IMG/VR virus record: IMGVR_UViG_3300032323_001252
Location: 1-60,961 of that record
Direction: 5' to 3' (one strand)
DNA length: 60,961 nt
Origin: a virus
Taxonomy: Duplodnaviria > Caudoviricetes
Shown: one piece after another, positions 39,609 through 48,783 of the stretch
Position numbering within the stretch: position 1 is the first letter of the stretch
How the letters are laid out: every line of letters begins with the position of its first letter
The notes under the pieces: generated by a model
The model's database searches: none
Told to the model about the DNA's origin: nothing
Seen by the model: only the letters and a program-made list of their open reading frames with translations
Program-made: the position numbers and the translations under genes

Positions 39609-39897
39609 AACTTTAACAGAAGCTATAGCAGAATCTGAAATACAAAAAGTTACAGATCCATACGGAGCACATAAAGTTATGAAAGAAATACAAGAACGAG
39701 AGATGGTCAATCACCCTGATCACTACCAGGGAAACAAGACAGAAGTTATAGACATCATAGAAGACTATAACTTAGGGTTTTCATTAGGCAACGCTGTTAA
39801 ATACATTCTTAGAGCTGATAAGAAAGGCAATAAGAAACAGGATCTTGAGAAAGCTATCTGGTATATTAATAGAGAACTTGATAAATTTAGAGGATGA
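39589..39897 (+). CDS. DUF3310 (T7 gp1.7-like) protein
   Basis: VNHPDHY...EVIDII...GNAVKYI.RA.KK...DLEKA.WY. Confidence 0.85.
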   Translation: MEVRVIKTLTEAIAESEIQKVTDPYGAHKVMKEIQEREMVNHPDHYQGNKTEVIDIIEDYNLGFSLGNAVKYILRADKKGNKKQDLEKAIWYINRELDKFRG

Positions 39898-40304
39898 AAA
39901 CATGCAGCGTAGAAGGCTGCGAGAATAGAATCTGGTCAAAGGGTTTATGTCTTAATCATATTAAGCGTAAACCCTTACCTGCTTCTAGGCAGCTAGGAAT
40001 AACTACAAAAGTTAAAGCCTTTGTAGACAAAGAGAAGATTAATAAGATGCGATCTTTCTTTATGGAGATATGGAATAAGAGAAAACATTATTCTGAGGTG
40101 AGTGGAACTTACTTAGGAAGTGAACCAATGTCAACTTACTTTCATCATATTATGCCAAAAGAAAAATATCCAGAACTTGCATACGAAGAATCTAACATTA
40201 TTTTATTAACTTTGGATGAACATACTGCTGTAGAAGGTGATATGTACAAATATGAAGAAGTTAATAAACGTAGAGAACAACTTTTAAACAAAATAAACCA
40301 ATGA
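39894..40304 (+). CDS. HNH-like nuclease with N-terminal zinc finger
   Basis: CSVEGC...GLC..H; FHHIMPK.KYPE.....NIILLT..EH. Confidence 0.7.
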   Translation: MKTCSVEGCENRIWSKGLCLNHIKRKPLPASRQLGITTKVKAFVDKEKINKMRSFFMEIWNKRKHYSEVSGTYLGSEPMSTYFHHIMPKEKYPELAYEESNIILLTLDEHTAVEGDMYKYEEVNKRREQLLNKINQ

Positions 40305-40576
40305 CAAACCAATTCTTTTACACTCGCACAGAGGGAGACAAGGAGTACACAGACTCTTTCAATGTAAACAAAGTAATTCGCAGCATCGCATTTGATGATG
40401 AACTAGTTATTCTACTAGATGATATTCATGAGCGTGTTGAGGAAGTTCCTACACTTAATCCTAAGACTGGTAAAGTAATAGGCGTACAGCGTAAGCGTGA
40501 CATCTTCCAATCAGATATTCATTTGAAAGGTGATGATATTGCAAGATTTAAAAAACTAACAAACATTCAATTCTAA
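40301..40576 (+). CDS. Hypothetical protein
   Basis: 91 aa packed ORF. Confidence 0.7.
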   Translation: MTNQFFYTRTEGDKEYTDSFNVNKVIRSIAFDDELVILLDDIHERVEEVPTLNPKTGKVIGVQRKRDIFQSDIHLKGDDIARFKKLTNIQF

Positions 40577-40863
40577 TGGCAGATTTCAAACTATTACGCG
40601 GTAACAGATTGTTACTAGACCTTCCTAAGAAAGAAGAAGGTAAACTTATTGTGGACGAGAACACAAAAGAAGCTCTTGAGAAAGAGATGATGCAGAAGCT
40701 AAACAAGCTTACAGTGTATTCTGTAGGTGATCTTGTTACAGACATTAAAGCAGGTGATGAGATCCTAGTAGATCCAGCAGCGTTAAGTAAATCTCCTGTG
40801 ATTCCTATCGGTGGAGAGAACAAGTTATTGGTATCACCATTTGACGTTATTCTTGTTTGGTAA
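40576..40863 (+). CDS. GroES-like co-chaperonin
   Basis: LRGNRLLL...V.SVG..V..IKAGDEILV...LLV...DVI. Confidence 0.75.
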   Translation: MADFKLLRGNRLLLDLPKKEEGKLIVDENTKEALEKEMMQKLNKLTVYSVGDLVTDIKAGDEILVDPAALSKSPVIPIGGENKLLVSPFDVILVW

Positions 40864-41456
40864 TGAGAGATATCATAAAACAAATTACAGAGGCTAAGCC
40901 TGACTCCATACATGATGTAATCCCATCAGAATTTTTTACTAAATATGATAGTTATGATTATGTATGGAGTGGTAATTGCTTCGAGTGGTATTGGGCACTA
41001 GGAAAGGTGCTTAAGCCAGAGAGCTTTATGGAGATTGGTGTTAGGTTTGGATTTAGTTTTCTACCTACCATTGCCTCCTCTCCTAACATGAAATATGCAT
41101 TAGGTTGGGATCTTGAAACATATGGTAATAATCAGATAGCTAATGAAAACATTGGTGAATACTACAAAGGAGATGCCAAGTGGGAGATCCAACACGTAGA
41201 TTCACAGTTAGAAACTGAATTACCTCAGTTCTTTGATCTTATTTCTATAGATGGATGCCATGATTTTGATTGTAAAATTCATGATCTTAAATTATGTATT
41301 GGTAAATGCCATTATGTAATCTTAGATGATTATGATTATCATCAAGATGTCCGTAACTCTACTGATAAATTCTTACAAGATTATGCTGAACACATTGAAT
41401 GGCACGAATATCTTCCTACGTTCAGAGGAAGTCAACTTATTAAATTCAAATCATGA
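40863..41456 (+). CDS. Class I SAM methyltransferase (Methyltransf_24-like)
   Basis: MEIGVRFGFS, FDLISIDGCH, VILDDY. Confidence 0.8.
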   Translation: MRDIIKQITEAKPDSIHDVIPSEFFTKYDSYDYVWSGNCFEWYWALGKVLKPESFMEIGVRFGFSFLPTIASSPNMKYALGWDLETYGNNQIANENIGEYYKGDAKWEIQHVDSQLETELPQFFDLISIDGCHDFDCKIHDLKLCIGKCHYVILDDYDYHQDVRNSTDKFLQDYAEHIEWHEYLPTFRGSQLIKFKS

Positions 41457-42136
41457 TAAATAAAATCATCCACCAAATTTGGGTTGGGAATTACCCTATT
41501 CCAGAAAGAGAAACTGCTCTCTATAAAGAAATTAGAGAAAAGCATCCTGATTACGAATATCATTTATGGACAGATGCAAATCTTCCTATCATACCTGATA
41601 AATTAAAACCAATGTACGATGAGATGTACAGACAACAAGACTTTGTCTATTGTGCTGATATGCTTCGTTGGTTAGTAGTTTATGAATATGGTGGATGGTA
41701 TCTTGATATTGATTGGGAATACAGAAAACATTTAGATGGATTAAACATTGATCATAGAGATGGTATTGTATTTGGTCATTGGGGAGAAGGTTGGCAGCAT
41801 TGTGACTACACTATAACTAATAACATTTTTGGTTTTGCTAAACATCATCCCATGGTTAAACACATGATTGATACTATGCCAGTTCAATTAGGATATGGAA
41901 ATGCTCCTTATTCACCAGGTTGGTGTGGTATAGAATGTAAAGCCTATCTTGGTTTAGAAAATGAATTCAGTAATGAGATATGGGAATACCATAGAATCAT
42001 GAGAGAACATTTAGATCAACATAACATAGAGTATGGAGACTACAATACTTTTCAAAATGAATACTTCAAACATCATGCATTATATTCATGGTCTTTAGAA
42101 AACAAAAAGCTTTGGCAACAAGGATTAGTTAAATAA
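41453..42136 (+). CDS. Glycosyltransferase, GT32/OCH1-like
   Basis: KIIHQIWVG, HPDYEY.LWTD, ADMLR...YEYGG.YLDID. Confidence 0.85.
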   Translation: MINKIIHQIWVGNYPIPERETALYKEIREKHPDYEYHLWTDANLPIIPDKLKPMYDEMYRQQDFVYCADMLRWLVVYEYGGWYLDIDWEYRKHLDGLNIDHRDGIVFGHWGEGWQHCDYTITNNIFGFAKHHPMVKHMIDTMPVQLGYGNAPYSPGWCGIECKAYLGLENEFSNEIWEYHRIMREHLDQHNIEYGDYNTFQNEYFKHHALYSWSLENKKLWQQGLVK

Positions 42137-42140
42137 CATC

Positions 42141-42947
42141 ATGAATATACTCTTACTTACTTCTTGTAATAGAATTAAACAAACTCTATTATCTCTATCA
42201 CTAAATGCCCAGACTATTAAAGGGCCCTTTAGTATAGTTATTGTAGACAACTCTACGCCTGGTGTAGAAGCTAATCAAGCATGTGAACGCCATCAGGGAG
42301 AAGATCCTTATAATGTTGTAAAACCTCACAACTATTGTTCTGATATATCATTACTTTATGATATGGAACAATACTTACCTAATAATGTTGAGCAATATAA
42401 AGTGATTCACACTTCTCCAAGACTAGTTAAGCAACGTGGAGAGTCTACTTCTGTTGCTATGGGGCTTATGCAAGCAGCACTGATGGGAGAAAGACACTAC
42501 GGTAGAGAAAACTACTGTTTGAAAATAACAGGAACGTCTATTCTTAAATATGATCTACTTAGTGAAATGCCTAGTAGATTAGAAAATGCAGGAGTGGTGA
42601 CATGGCATAGAGCTAATATTGGTGGATATGAACGTTCAACTCGTGTATTTGGATGTAGACCAGATGAACTAGTTCCTCACATTGCTAAAGAAGGATGGAG
42701 TGCTTGGTGTGATGACACTAGTGGTATATTTGAACAACGCTTTGCTAGAATGATCATTAGAACATTAGGCGAAGAAAGAGTTAACTATACAAAAGATGAT
42801 GAAAACGGGTTGTTATTAGAAGGCGGTATGGCTATGCAAGATAGTTATGCAAGACAAAGAATAACTCAGTTCATAGAAGAAAACGGTATAGATGTAAATG
42901 CTACACCATATTTAAGAGAATTTACAGAAGGTAAAATTTGGCCATGA
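42141..42947 (+). CDS. Probable glycosyltransferase-like protein
   Basis: ILLLTSC.R...IVIVDNS GT-A-like start; LKITG; lies within GT cluster. Confidence 0.55.
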   Translation: MNILLLTSCNRIKQTLLSLSLNAQTIKGPFSIVIVDNSTPGVEANQACERHQGEDPYNVVKPHNYCSDISLLYDMEQYLPNNVEQYKVIHTSPRLVKQRGESTSVAMGLMQAALMGERHYGRENYCLKITGTSILKYDLLSEMPSRLENAGVVTWHRANIGGYERSTRVFGCRPDELVPHIAKEGWSAWCDDTSGIFEQRFARMIIRTLGEERVNYTKDDENGLLLEGGMAMQDSYARQRITQFIEENGIDVNATPYLREFTEGKIWP

Positions 42948-43738
42948 AAGTTATAACTGCAAGTTACGGACCTTTGGATGTTACAGATGTAATTAATGAA
43001 AATTACATTAACGATGGTGCTATTTCATTTTCTGTAAGTAACGATGTCTTTGGAGATTCTATGCCAGGAGGCGTAAAAGAATTAAAGATTTCTATAGAAG
43101 ATGAAGGTGTAATAAACAACTACGTATATAAAGAAGGTGAGCTGTTTATATATCCTATATCTGAAGAAGAAGAAACTCGTAAAAAGTTTCTTAGAACTAT
43201 TGATAGAAGAGACCTATTACAATTGTATAACATCAAAGGTTTAGGTATAGAAGTTGGTGTACAGTCAGGACAATTCTCAAAAGATATTCTTAATAGAACT
43301 ACAGACTTTCATCTAATAGCTTTAGATTCTTGGAGAAACATTCCAGAAGGTTATGAAGAAGGAGGTAATACAGAAATGGAAGTTCACATAAAAAACCTCA
43401 TTAATACACTACGTATATTAAGTGAAGATTATGAAGGTAGATTTACAATTATGCGAGAGCTATGTGAAACAGCTTGTCACTTCTTTAAAGATGAGTTATT
43501 TGATTTCATATATTTAGATGCTAATCACTCTGAAGTTTTTGTAACTGAAGAACTAAAACGATGGTATCCTAAACTTAAGCCAGGAGGATTGATTGCGGGA
43601 CACGATTATGTAACTAGACCAAATAATACTGCGTTCGGAGTGAAAGATGCAGTAGATAAATTTTTTAAAGAAAAAAACCTAAAGTTTGAGGTGTGTGATT
43701 TTGGTTGCTGCCCAACTTGGTTTCATATAAAACAATAA
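42944..43738 (+). CDS. Lectin-like N-domain fused to class I SAM methyltransferase
   Basis: ASYG..DVT...FGD.MPG..K.L.I; IEVGV..G.FS; FDFIYLDANH; LKPGG.IAGHDY. Confidence 0.8.
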   Translation: MKVITASYGPLDVTDVINENYINDGAISFSVSNDVFGDSMPGGVKELKISIEDEGVINNYVYKEGELFIYPISEEEETRKKFLRTIDRRDLLQLYNIKGLGIEVGVQSGQFSKDILNRTTDFHLIALDSWRNIPEGYEEGGNTEMEVHIKNLINTLRILSEDYEGRFTIMRELCETACHFFKDELFDFIYLDANHSEVFVTEELKRWYPKLKPGGLIAGHDYVTRPNNTAFGVKDAVDKFFKEKNLKFEVCDFGCCPTWFHIKQ

Positions 43739-43744
43739 ACCAAC

Positions 43745-44533
43745 ATGAAAAAAGTAAGCTTTGTATGTACATCATACAGAAGATTCTATTGTGTAAGAAG
43801 AATTCTTTCACAGTTTTACGCACAGACATATCCTAACATTGAATTAATACTATTCAATACAGATATGGAATATCCATTTGAGTTAGCAAATCCTGATACT
43901 AATATTGTTGTAGTGAATAACGCAACTGATTATCTTACAGGTGAACCATACAAGAATAGAGGACAAATCTGTAGAGATGCGGTTACGCACGCCACAGGTG
44001 ACTATTTCATGTTAGCAGATGATGATGATGTGTATTTACCATGGCATATACAGCAAGCTGTAGAAGGTATAGAAGAATGTGGAAGAGATGCTTGGAAACC
44101 AGAAAGAAGTTTCTTTGCTGCTCCAGGAAAGGTAGAGCTAAGTATGAATACTATGGAAGCTTCTGTTATTGTAAAGATGGAAAGAATCCGTGAGATTGGA
44201 TTCCGTAGTGATCTTACAGGATTTGAAGGGCTTAGTTGGTATATGCAACTTCGTGATGAGAAAGAGTTAGATGAACATACTCCAGGTTATTTACCATCGT
44301 ATTGTTTTAATTGGGATGATCCAGCAGAAATATCAGGACATAAGCAATCAGGAGATATCAACAACCCTGAAAACTTTGAGAATCACAAGAAAGCATCTGG
44401 AGACTATGCTAAAGGTCCAATAGAAACTGTTAGTTATAATGAACTATATAATTTCTATAAACCATATTACGACTTTATTAGTAACAATCCAGAACAGATT
44501 AATCAAGAGTATAAAGAACGTTACTTTAAGTAA
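43745..44533 (+). CDS. Glycosyltransferase family 2
   Basis: VSFVCTSY.R...QTYPN.ELI; A.GDY...ADDDD.Y.P..I. Confidence 0.85.
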   Translation: MKKVSFVCTSYRRFYCVRRILSQFYAQTYPNIELILFNTDMEYPFELANPDTNIVVVNNATDYLTGEPYKNRGQICRDAVTHATGDYFMLADDDDVYLPWHIQQAVEGIEECGRDAWKPERSFFAAPGKVELSMNTMEASVIVKMERIREIGFRSDLTGFEGLSWYMQLRDEKELDEHTPGYLPSYCFNWDDPAEISGHKQSGDINNPENFENHKKASGDYAKGPIETVSYNELYNFYKPYYDFISNNPEQINQEYKERYFK

Positions 44534-44537
44534 AAAG

Positions 44538-44564
44538 AAAAAGGAGGCCAATGGTCTCCTTTTT
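44538..44564. terminator. Bidirectional terminator at convergent strand switch
   Basis: AAAAAGGAGGCC-AAT-GGTCTCCTTTTT. Confidence 0.8.
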
Positions 44565-44600
44565 ACTTATATTAAAAACACAAAAATGAAAAACAAATTA

Positions 44601-44756
44601 CTATTTTGATAGTCGCTTTTGCTTCATAGGAGCCATAGGACTTTTTAATCGTTTTATATTATCAGCCTCTCTCATGAAAGGCTTATCAGGTGCAGGGTTC
44701 TTTACCTTTGGTGCTTTACGTGGCTTGCCAGATTTCTTAGCTTTACCAGCAGTCAT
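44601..44756 (-). CDS. Small basic protein (not in ORF track)
   Basis: MTAGKAKKSGKPRKAPKVKNPAPDKPFMREADNIKRLKSPMAPMKQKRLSK. Confidence 0.65.
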   Translation of the reverse strand: MTAGKAKKSGKPRKAPKVKNPAPDKPFMREADNIKRLKSPMAPMKQKRLSK

Positions 44757-44757
44757 A

Positions 44758-45120
44758 TTACTTGCAGCCATATTTGCATTTCTTCATAGAACCACCCTTC
44801 TTCATCATAGCAGGAGCAGAAGTTACAGTTGCACCCATTTGAGCTTTCTTAACAGAAGCACCTTTCTTAGCAATTACACCACGACCTTTTAAGATATCGG
44901 CCTTAGTTACCTTACCATCTTTATTAAGATCAGGGAATGAACCACCAGACTTAGCTTTAGGCTTAGGAGCAGGTTTTTTAGTTTTATCTATAGAAGGACC
45001 TGAACCTGGACCATCGCCAAACTTCTTGTAGTTATCTAGTTCTTTCTTTTTTGCAGCACCTTTGAGCTTACTGAAAGCACCAATTTCGCCACCCATTTGC
45101 ATTTTTTTCTTAATAGCCAT
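44758..45120 (-). CDS. Small basic protein with xxGG repeats and EF-hand-like loop
   Basis: KKMQMGG, KAKSGG, MKKGG; FPDLNKDGKVTKADIL. Confidence 0.75.
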   Translation of the reverse strand: MAIKKKMQMGGEIGAFSKLKGAAKKKELDNYKKFGDGPGSGPSIDKTKKPAPKPKAKSGGSFPDLNKDGKVTKADILKGRGVIAKKGASVKKAQMGATVTSAPAMMKKGGSMKKCKYGCK

Positions 45121-45122
45121 GA

Positions 45123-45311
45123 TTATTTCTTTTTAGACATTTTAGTTGCACCTAATTGTTTGTCTTTCTTCAAGACAGCTTTACCCTTAGCACCTGCTAA
45201 AGTTTTCTCTTGTACCTTAGTGTAAGCACCTTTAGGATCTACAGGTCCTACACGTTTTGTAGAAGCTTTTAATCCTGAAAGACTGCCGCCTGATTGCATT
45301 TTCTTTTTCAT
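45123..45311 (-). CDS. Small basic protein
   Basis: KKKMQSGG. Confidence 0.7.
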   Translation of the reverse strand: MKKKMQSGGSLSGLKASTKRVGPVDPKGAYTKVQEKTLAGAKGKAVLKKDKQLGATKMSKKK

Positions 45312-45313
45312 TA

Positions 45314-45874
45314 TTATTTCTTTTTAGTTTGAGCCTTAATCTTTTTCTCCTGCTTTAACATAGCAGCTGTAGGTTTCTTACCAGAACCCTTATTTGCACG
45401 GATGTTATCCCATAAGCCACGCTTAGAGTATGAACCATCAGCACGTTTAATCATACCACCCATCTTTTTCTTAGAACCAGCTGATGTACTATCTGCTTTG
45501 AGTTTTGGTGCATAAACATTAACATTTTCCATCACTCTAGTTGGTGGTGTTCTAAGATCATTCTTATTAAGAGCATTTTTAGGATCTGCTTCTGCAATCT
45601 TTTTAAGAGCAATTCCTCCTTGAGCTTTTTTCATCATACCACCCATTTTGTTTTTAGGTAGTAATGTTGATTCATCAGTAGATTGTGCAGATTGTCTTTT
45701 TATTCTTTGTTGATTTAATTCATATCTACTTACAGTAGATTTTGGCATTGGATTAACAGTAGGTCTTTGTCCAGCAAATCTTTGTGCAGCAGGAGATTTA
45801 CCACCAGGTTTGAGAGGTCGTACAGCATTCACTGAAGAACCATCTTGAGCTTTCTTTAATATTTTTTTTGCCAT
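45314..45874 (-). CDS. Basic protein with KKAQxG/KMGG repeats
   Basis: KKAQDG, KNKMGG, KKAQGG, KKKMGG; GLWDNIRA. Confidence 0.75.
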   Translation of the reverse strand: MAKKILKKAQDGSSVNAVRPLKPGGKSPAAQRFAGQRPTVNPMPKSTVSRYELNQQRIKRQSAQSTDESTLLPKNKMGGMMKKAQGGIALKKIAEADPKNALNKNDLRTPPTRVMENVNVYAPKLKADSTSAGSKKKMGGMIKRADGSYSKRGLWDNIRANKGSGKKPTAAMLKQEKKIKAQTKKK

Positions 45875-45885
45875 AATATATTATG

Positions 45886-46158
45886 TTAACAGTTCCACTT
45901 TCTTAATGCTAATGCTTTCCTTGTAGGTTTACCATTAGGTTTCTTCATAGGTCCTTGTACACCAGACATTCTAGCACAGAAAGACTTACGTCTGTTAGCA
46001 GCTTTACTTCCTTTCTTCAACTTAGAAGGAGGAGTAGTAACAGCCATCTTTAATTTACTACCAGGATTCTCACGTCTATAAGACGCTACACCTTTTCTAT
46101 TCAGTCCACCTTTAGGATCTTTTCCTTCGGACCTTTGCCATGCTGCGGTCTTTGCCAT
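45886..46158 (-). CDS. DUF6321-like basic protein
   Basis: AWQR.EGKDPKGGLN.KG...RRKSFCARM...ALRKWNC. Confidence 0.75.
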   Translation of the reverse strand: MAKTAAWQRSEGKDPKGGLNRKGVASYRRENPGSKLKMAVTTPPSKLKKGSKAANRRKSFCARMSGVQGPMKKPNGKPTRKALALRKWNC

Positions 46159-46381
46159 AATCAGGATTGTCTTTGTGCCACTTCTTTACAGATGCAACAC
46201 CTTGTTTAACAGTTTTAGCTTTAGATTTGTTAGTGAGATTAATCTTATCCCACTTACCAGCAGGGATACCAGCTGTATGATCTACAACGATGTCTCCCTT
46301 ATCGCCTATGCCCTTATCAGTTTTCTTTTTGAAAACTTTATGTGTTTGACCACCAGCCTTAACAATAGCTTTATTTGCCAT
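46112..46381 (-). CDS. Basic protein, paralog of the C-domain of 46381-46794
   Basis: WD.I.LT.K..AKT.KQGVA...KWHKDNPDY shared. Confidence 0.75.
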   Translation of the reverse strand: MANKAIVKAGGQTHKVFKKKTDKGIGDKGDIVVDHTAGIPAGKWDKINLTNKSKAKTVKQGVASVKKWHKDNPDYGKDRSMAKVRRKRS

Positions 46382-46794
46382 TACTTTTTCTTGCGTTTAT
46401 ACTTATAATCAGGGTTATCTTTATGCCACTTCTCAGTAGCAGCTACACCTTGTTTTATAGTTTTAGCTCCTACTTTCTTTGTAAGATCTATAGTATCCCA
46501 TACACCATTATAAGTAGTAGGATAATTTACCATAATATTACCTGGCTTACCCTCACCTCTCTTAGTACTCTTCTTATAAATGACATATTTCTTACCACCA
46601 GTAGCAGTACCTTTAACTTTCTTAGCTACCTTACCACCACTCTTTAATGTAGATCCCTTGAACTCTCCTTTCTTCTTGATTAGAGGTCCGTTAGGAACAG
46701 GAGTGATGTTTCCTCCTTGCTTAAGAACACCTTTACCTACATAGGCAGAAGCCTTCTGTGGATTGTATGGACCAGGTTTTCTTATAGAAGCCAT
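46381..46794 (-). CDS. Basic protein with xxGG motifs
   Basis: LKQGG, LKSGG; C-domain duplicated in next gene. Confidence 0.75.
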   Translation of the reverse strand: MASIRKPGPYNPQKASAYVGKGVLKQGGNITPVPNGPLIKKKGEFKGSTLKSGGKVAKKVKGTATGGKKYVIYKKSTKRGEGKPGNIMVNYPTTYNGVWDTIDLTKKVGAKTIKQGVAATEKWHKDNPDYKYKRKKK

Positions 46795-47159
46795 TATTTC
46801 TTTTTCTTAATTGCTACTTTAGTTACCTTCTTAGCTACTACTTTACCTCCTGCTTTCATTTTAGTTTTTCCACCATTTCTCCATGGAGTAGGTGTTCCTG
46901 TCATAGGAGCTGATAATGCTTTTTCTTTAGATAAATATTCTTTATCATTTAACATCTTACGAATTGTTGCAGAATGTTCCTTAAGCTTAGCTTGATTAAT
47001 ACCTTTAGGAGTAAATGTAGAATCAATAATTTGATTTCTACGAGTAGGCTCATAAAATTGACCAGAAGGATTCCATCTTTCTTTAGATTTTGATGGAGCT
47101 TCCATCATTCCATTTTGAGCTTTCTTTACAGGAACTTTCTTTAATACTTTCTTTGCCAT
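46794..47159 (-). CDS. Basic protein with KKAQNG/KAGG motifs
   Basis: 121 aa, Lys-rich termini. Confidence 0.7.
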   Translation of the reverse strand: MAKKVLKKVPVKKAQNGMMEAPSKSKERWNPSGQFYEPTRRNQIIDSTFTPKGINQAKLKEHSATIRKMLNDKEYLSKEKALSAPMTGTPTPWRNGGKTKMKAGGKVVAKKVTKVAIKKKK

Positions 47160-47161
47160 TG

Positions 47162-47317
47162 TTATTTAGATTTACGGGCTCTGCCCATTGCTTTGAATGT
47201 CTTAGCTAATGCTTTTCTCTTAGGAGTACATGTTGCTTTAGTCATAGGAGTACAATATCCTTTATGTTTAGGATTGACTGCCTTCTGAATCCAGTTCTTT
47301 TTTGATGCTGTTGCCAT
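47162..47317 (-). CDS. Small basic protein (not in ORF track)
   Basis: MATASKKNWIQKAVNPKHKGYCTPMTKATCTPKRKALAKTFKAMGRARKSK. Confidence 0.7.
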   Translation of the reverse strand: MATASKKNWIQKAVNPKHKGYCTPMTKATCTPKRKALAKTFKAMGRARKSK

Positions 47318-47344
47318 ACCTGTGATAGGTTAAATTGGGTTTTA

Positions 47345-47977
47345 CTATAATATCTTTATAGGTGTATTATTCTTTCTACTACCAGAAAGTTTCTCATGTA
47401 ACTTTTTATAACTTGTGTTTTTCTCACAGTCTGTAATAGACTCATATATAATATTAGTTTGAGTATCTATTACTCTCTTACTTATAGGAGTAGATTTACC
47501 AAACCAAGCATTCTTACAACCTGTAGAAGTCAATCTTAGTTTTTCTCTAGTTTGTTCAGAAGGCGATTTACCTTTCTTAGAATCACTCATTTTTCTTATT
47601 GTTTCTTCTGAGTGTTTCTTTCCAAACATGTGAGCTTTTTCTCCCTTCTGTCTTTCAGATAACTTTAGTATATACTCTTGCGATCTTTTTATACCAGGAG
47701 TACCTTCCCCACCGTTAGTCATATTAACTAAGCTTCCTGTACCTAGATCTTTTCTTCCATATAGCAAAATGAATTCCATCTCCTTTTCACAAGCCTCTTC
47801 CCAAGTTAAGTCATCTAATAAAATTTCTACCCTATAAGGTATTTTATTAGTAATATTCTTCCAATAAATACTTCTGTTAGCTTTTATATTAGATCTTTTA
47901 TAAGTTTCATCATTACCAATTCCTATATAGAATGGTTCGTTCTTATCTAATCTAATATGTCTGTATAGGTAAGCCAC
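47345..47977 (-). mobile_element. GIY-YIG-like homing endonuclease with NUMOD3
   Basis: YLYRHIRLD..EPFYIGIG; LVNMTNGGEG; GKKHSEET.RKMS. Confidence 0.85.
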
Positions 47978-48178
47978 TTATTTCTCAATATGTCTACCAA
48001 ACGTAATGTTTGGTTTAACTTTTATTTGACGATGAGTAAATTGCCAGAGCTCCCCAGTGGCATTGATGATAATCGTATAGAGGGTATCGGTCTCATGACC
48101 ATAATCTAAAACCAACCAAACGATTCCATCACCTTTTGGTGTAGTGACTTCTAATCGATTGGCTGGTTCGTAGATCAT
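47978..48178 (-). CDS. Small hypothetical protein
   Basis: V.TPKGDG....V.DYG.E...L......TGE.W.F. Confidence 0.7.
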   Translation of the reverse strand: MIYEPANRLEVTTPKGDGIVWLVLDYGHETDTLYTIIINATGELWQFTHRQIKVKPNITFGRHIEK

Positions 48179-48182
48179 TTAA

Positions 48183-48440
48183 TTATTGTTCTGGAACTTC
48201 TACAACAGCACCGTTTTCAACAGCTTTTGCTAATGTAGCTTCCATAATTTGACTAGCTTTATCAGCTAACAAAATGCGTTGTGCTTCTTCTGTAGACAAA
48301 ATAGCACGTAATGAGTTTAAAAGAATACCAAAGTCATTACCTGACAATGTAAATTCTGAATCGATTGCCCAAGTATATTTCTTATTTGGATCAAATGTTG
48401 GCACTTCTTGTGCAGATGGTTCGTCTTGTACAACTTTCAT
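48183..48440 (-). CDS. Hypothetical protein
   Basis: 85 aa ORF after promoter-like gap. Confidence 0.7.
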   Translation of the reverse strand: MKVVQDEPSAQEVPTFDPNKKYTWAIDSEFTLSGNDFGILLNSLRAILSTEEAQRILLADKASQIMEATLAKAVENGAVVEVPEQ

Positions 48441-48501
48441 GTTTGTATTTTATTTTAGTTTGTGTAAATGTAAATGTAATAATTTAAAATTGCAAATTTA
48501 T

Positions 48502-48783
48502 TTACAATGTTATTTCAAATGCGATAATAGCATTAGTTTTAATGCTCTTAGACATATTTAGTTTAATCTGAAACTGATTATGAAACTTAAACAGCTCTTC
48601 TATAATAGCATTGGTATACTTTGGTAGAGAAGGAGCCAGTCTAAATGTATATGATCTAGGATGTTTTATAATCTCCATAGTAGATAGCTCATCTACAGAA
48701 TCGATAATGCCCTCAAGATGTGCAAAATATAACTCATCGTTATAAGGCATTACTTTAGGAAAGAACTTTTTACTAATTTGCAT
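48502..48783 (-). CDS. Hypothetical protein
   Basis: 93 aa, TAATG coupled. Confidence 0.7.
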   Translation of the reverse strand: MQISKKFFPKVMPYNDELYFAHLEGIIDSVDELSTMEIIKHPRSYTFRLAPSLPKYTNAIIEELFKFHNQFQIKLNMSKSIKTNAIIAFEITL

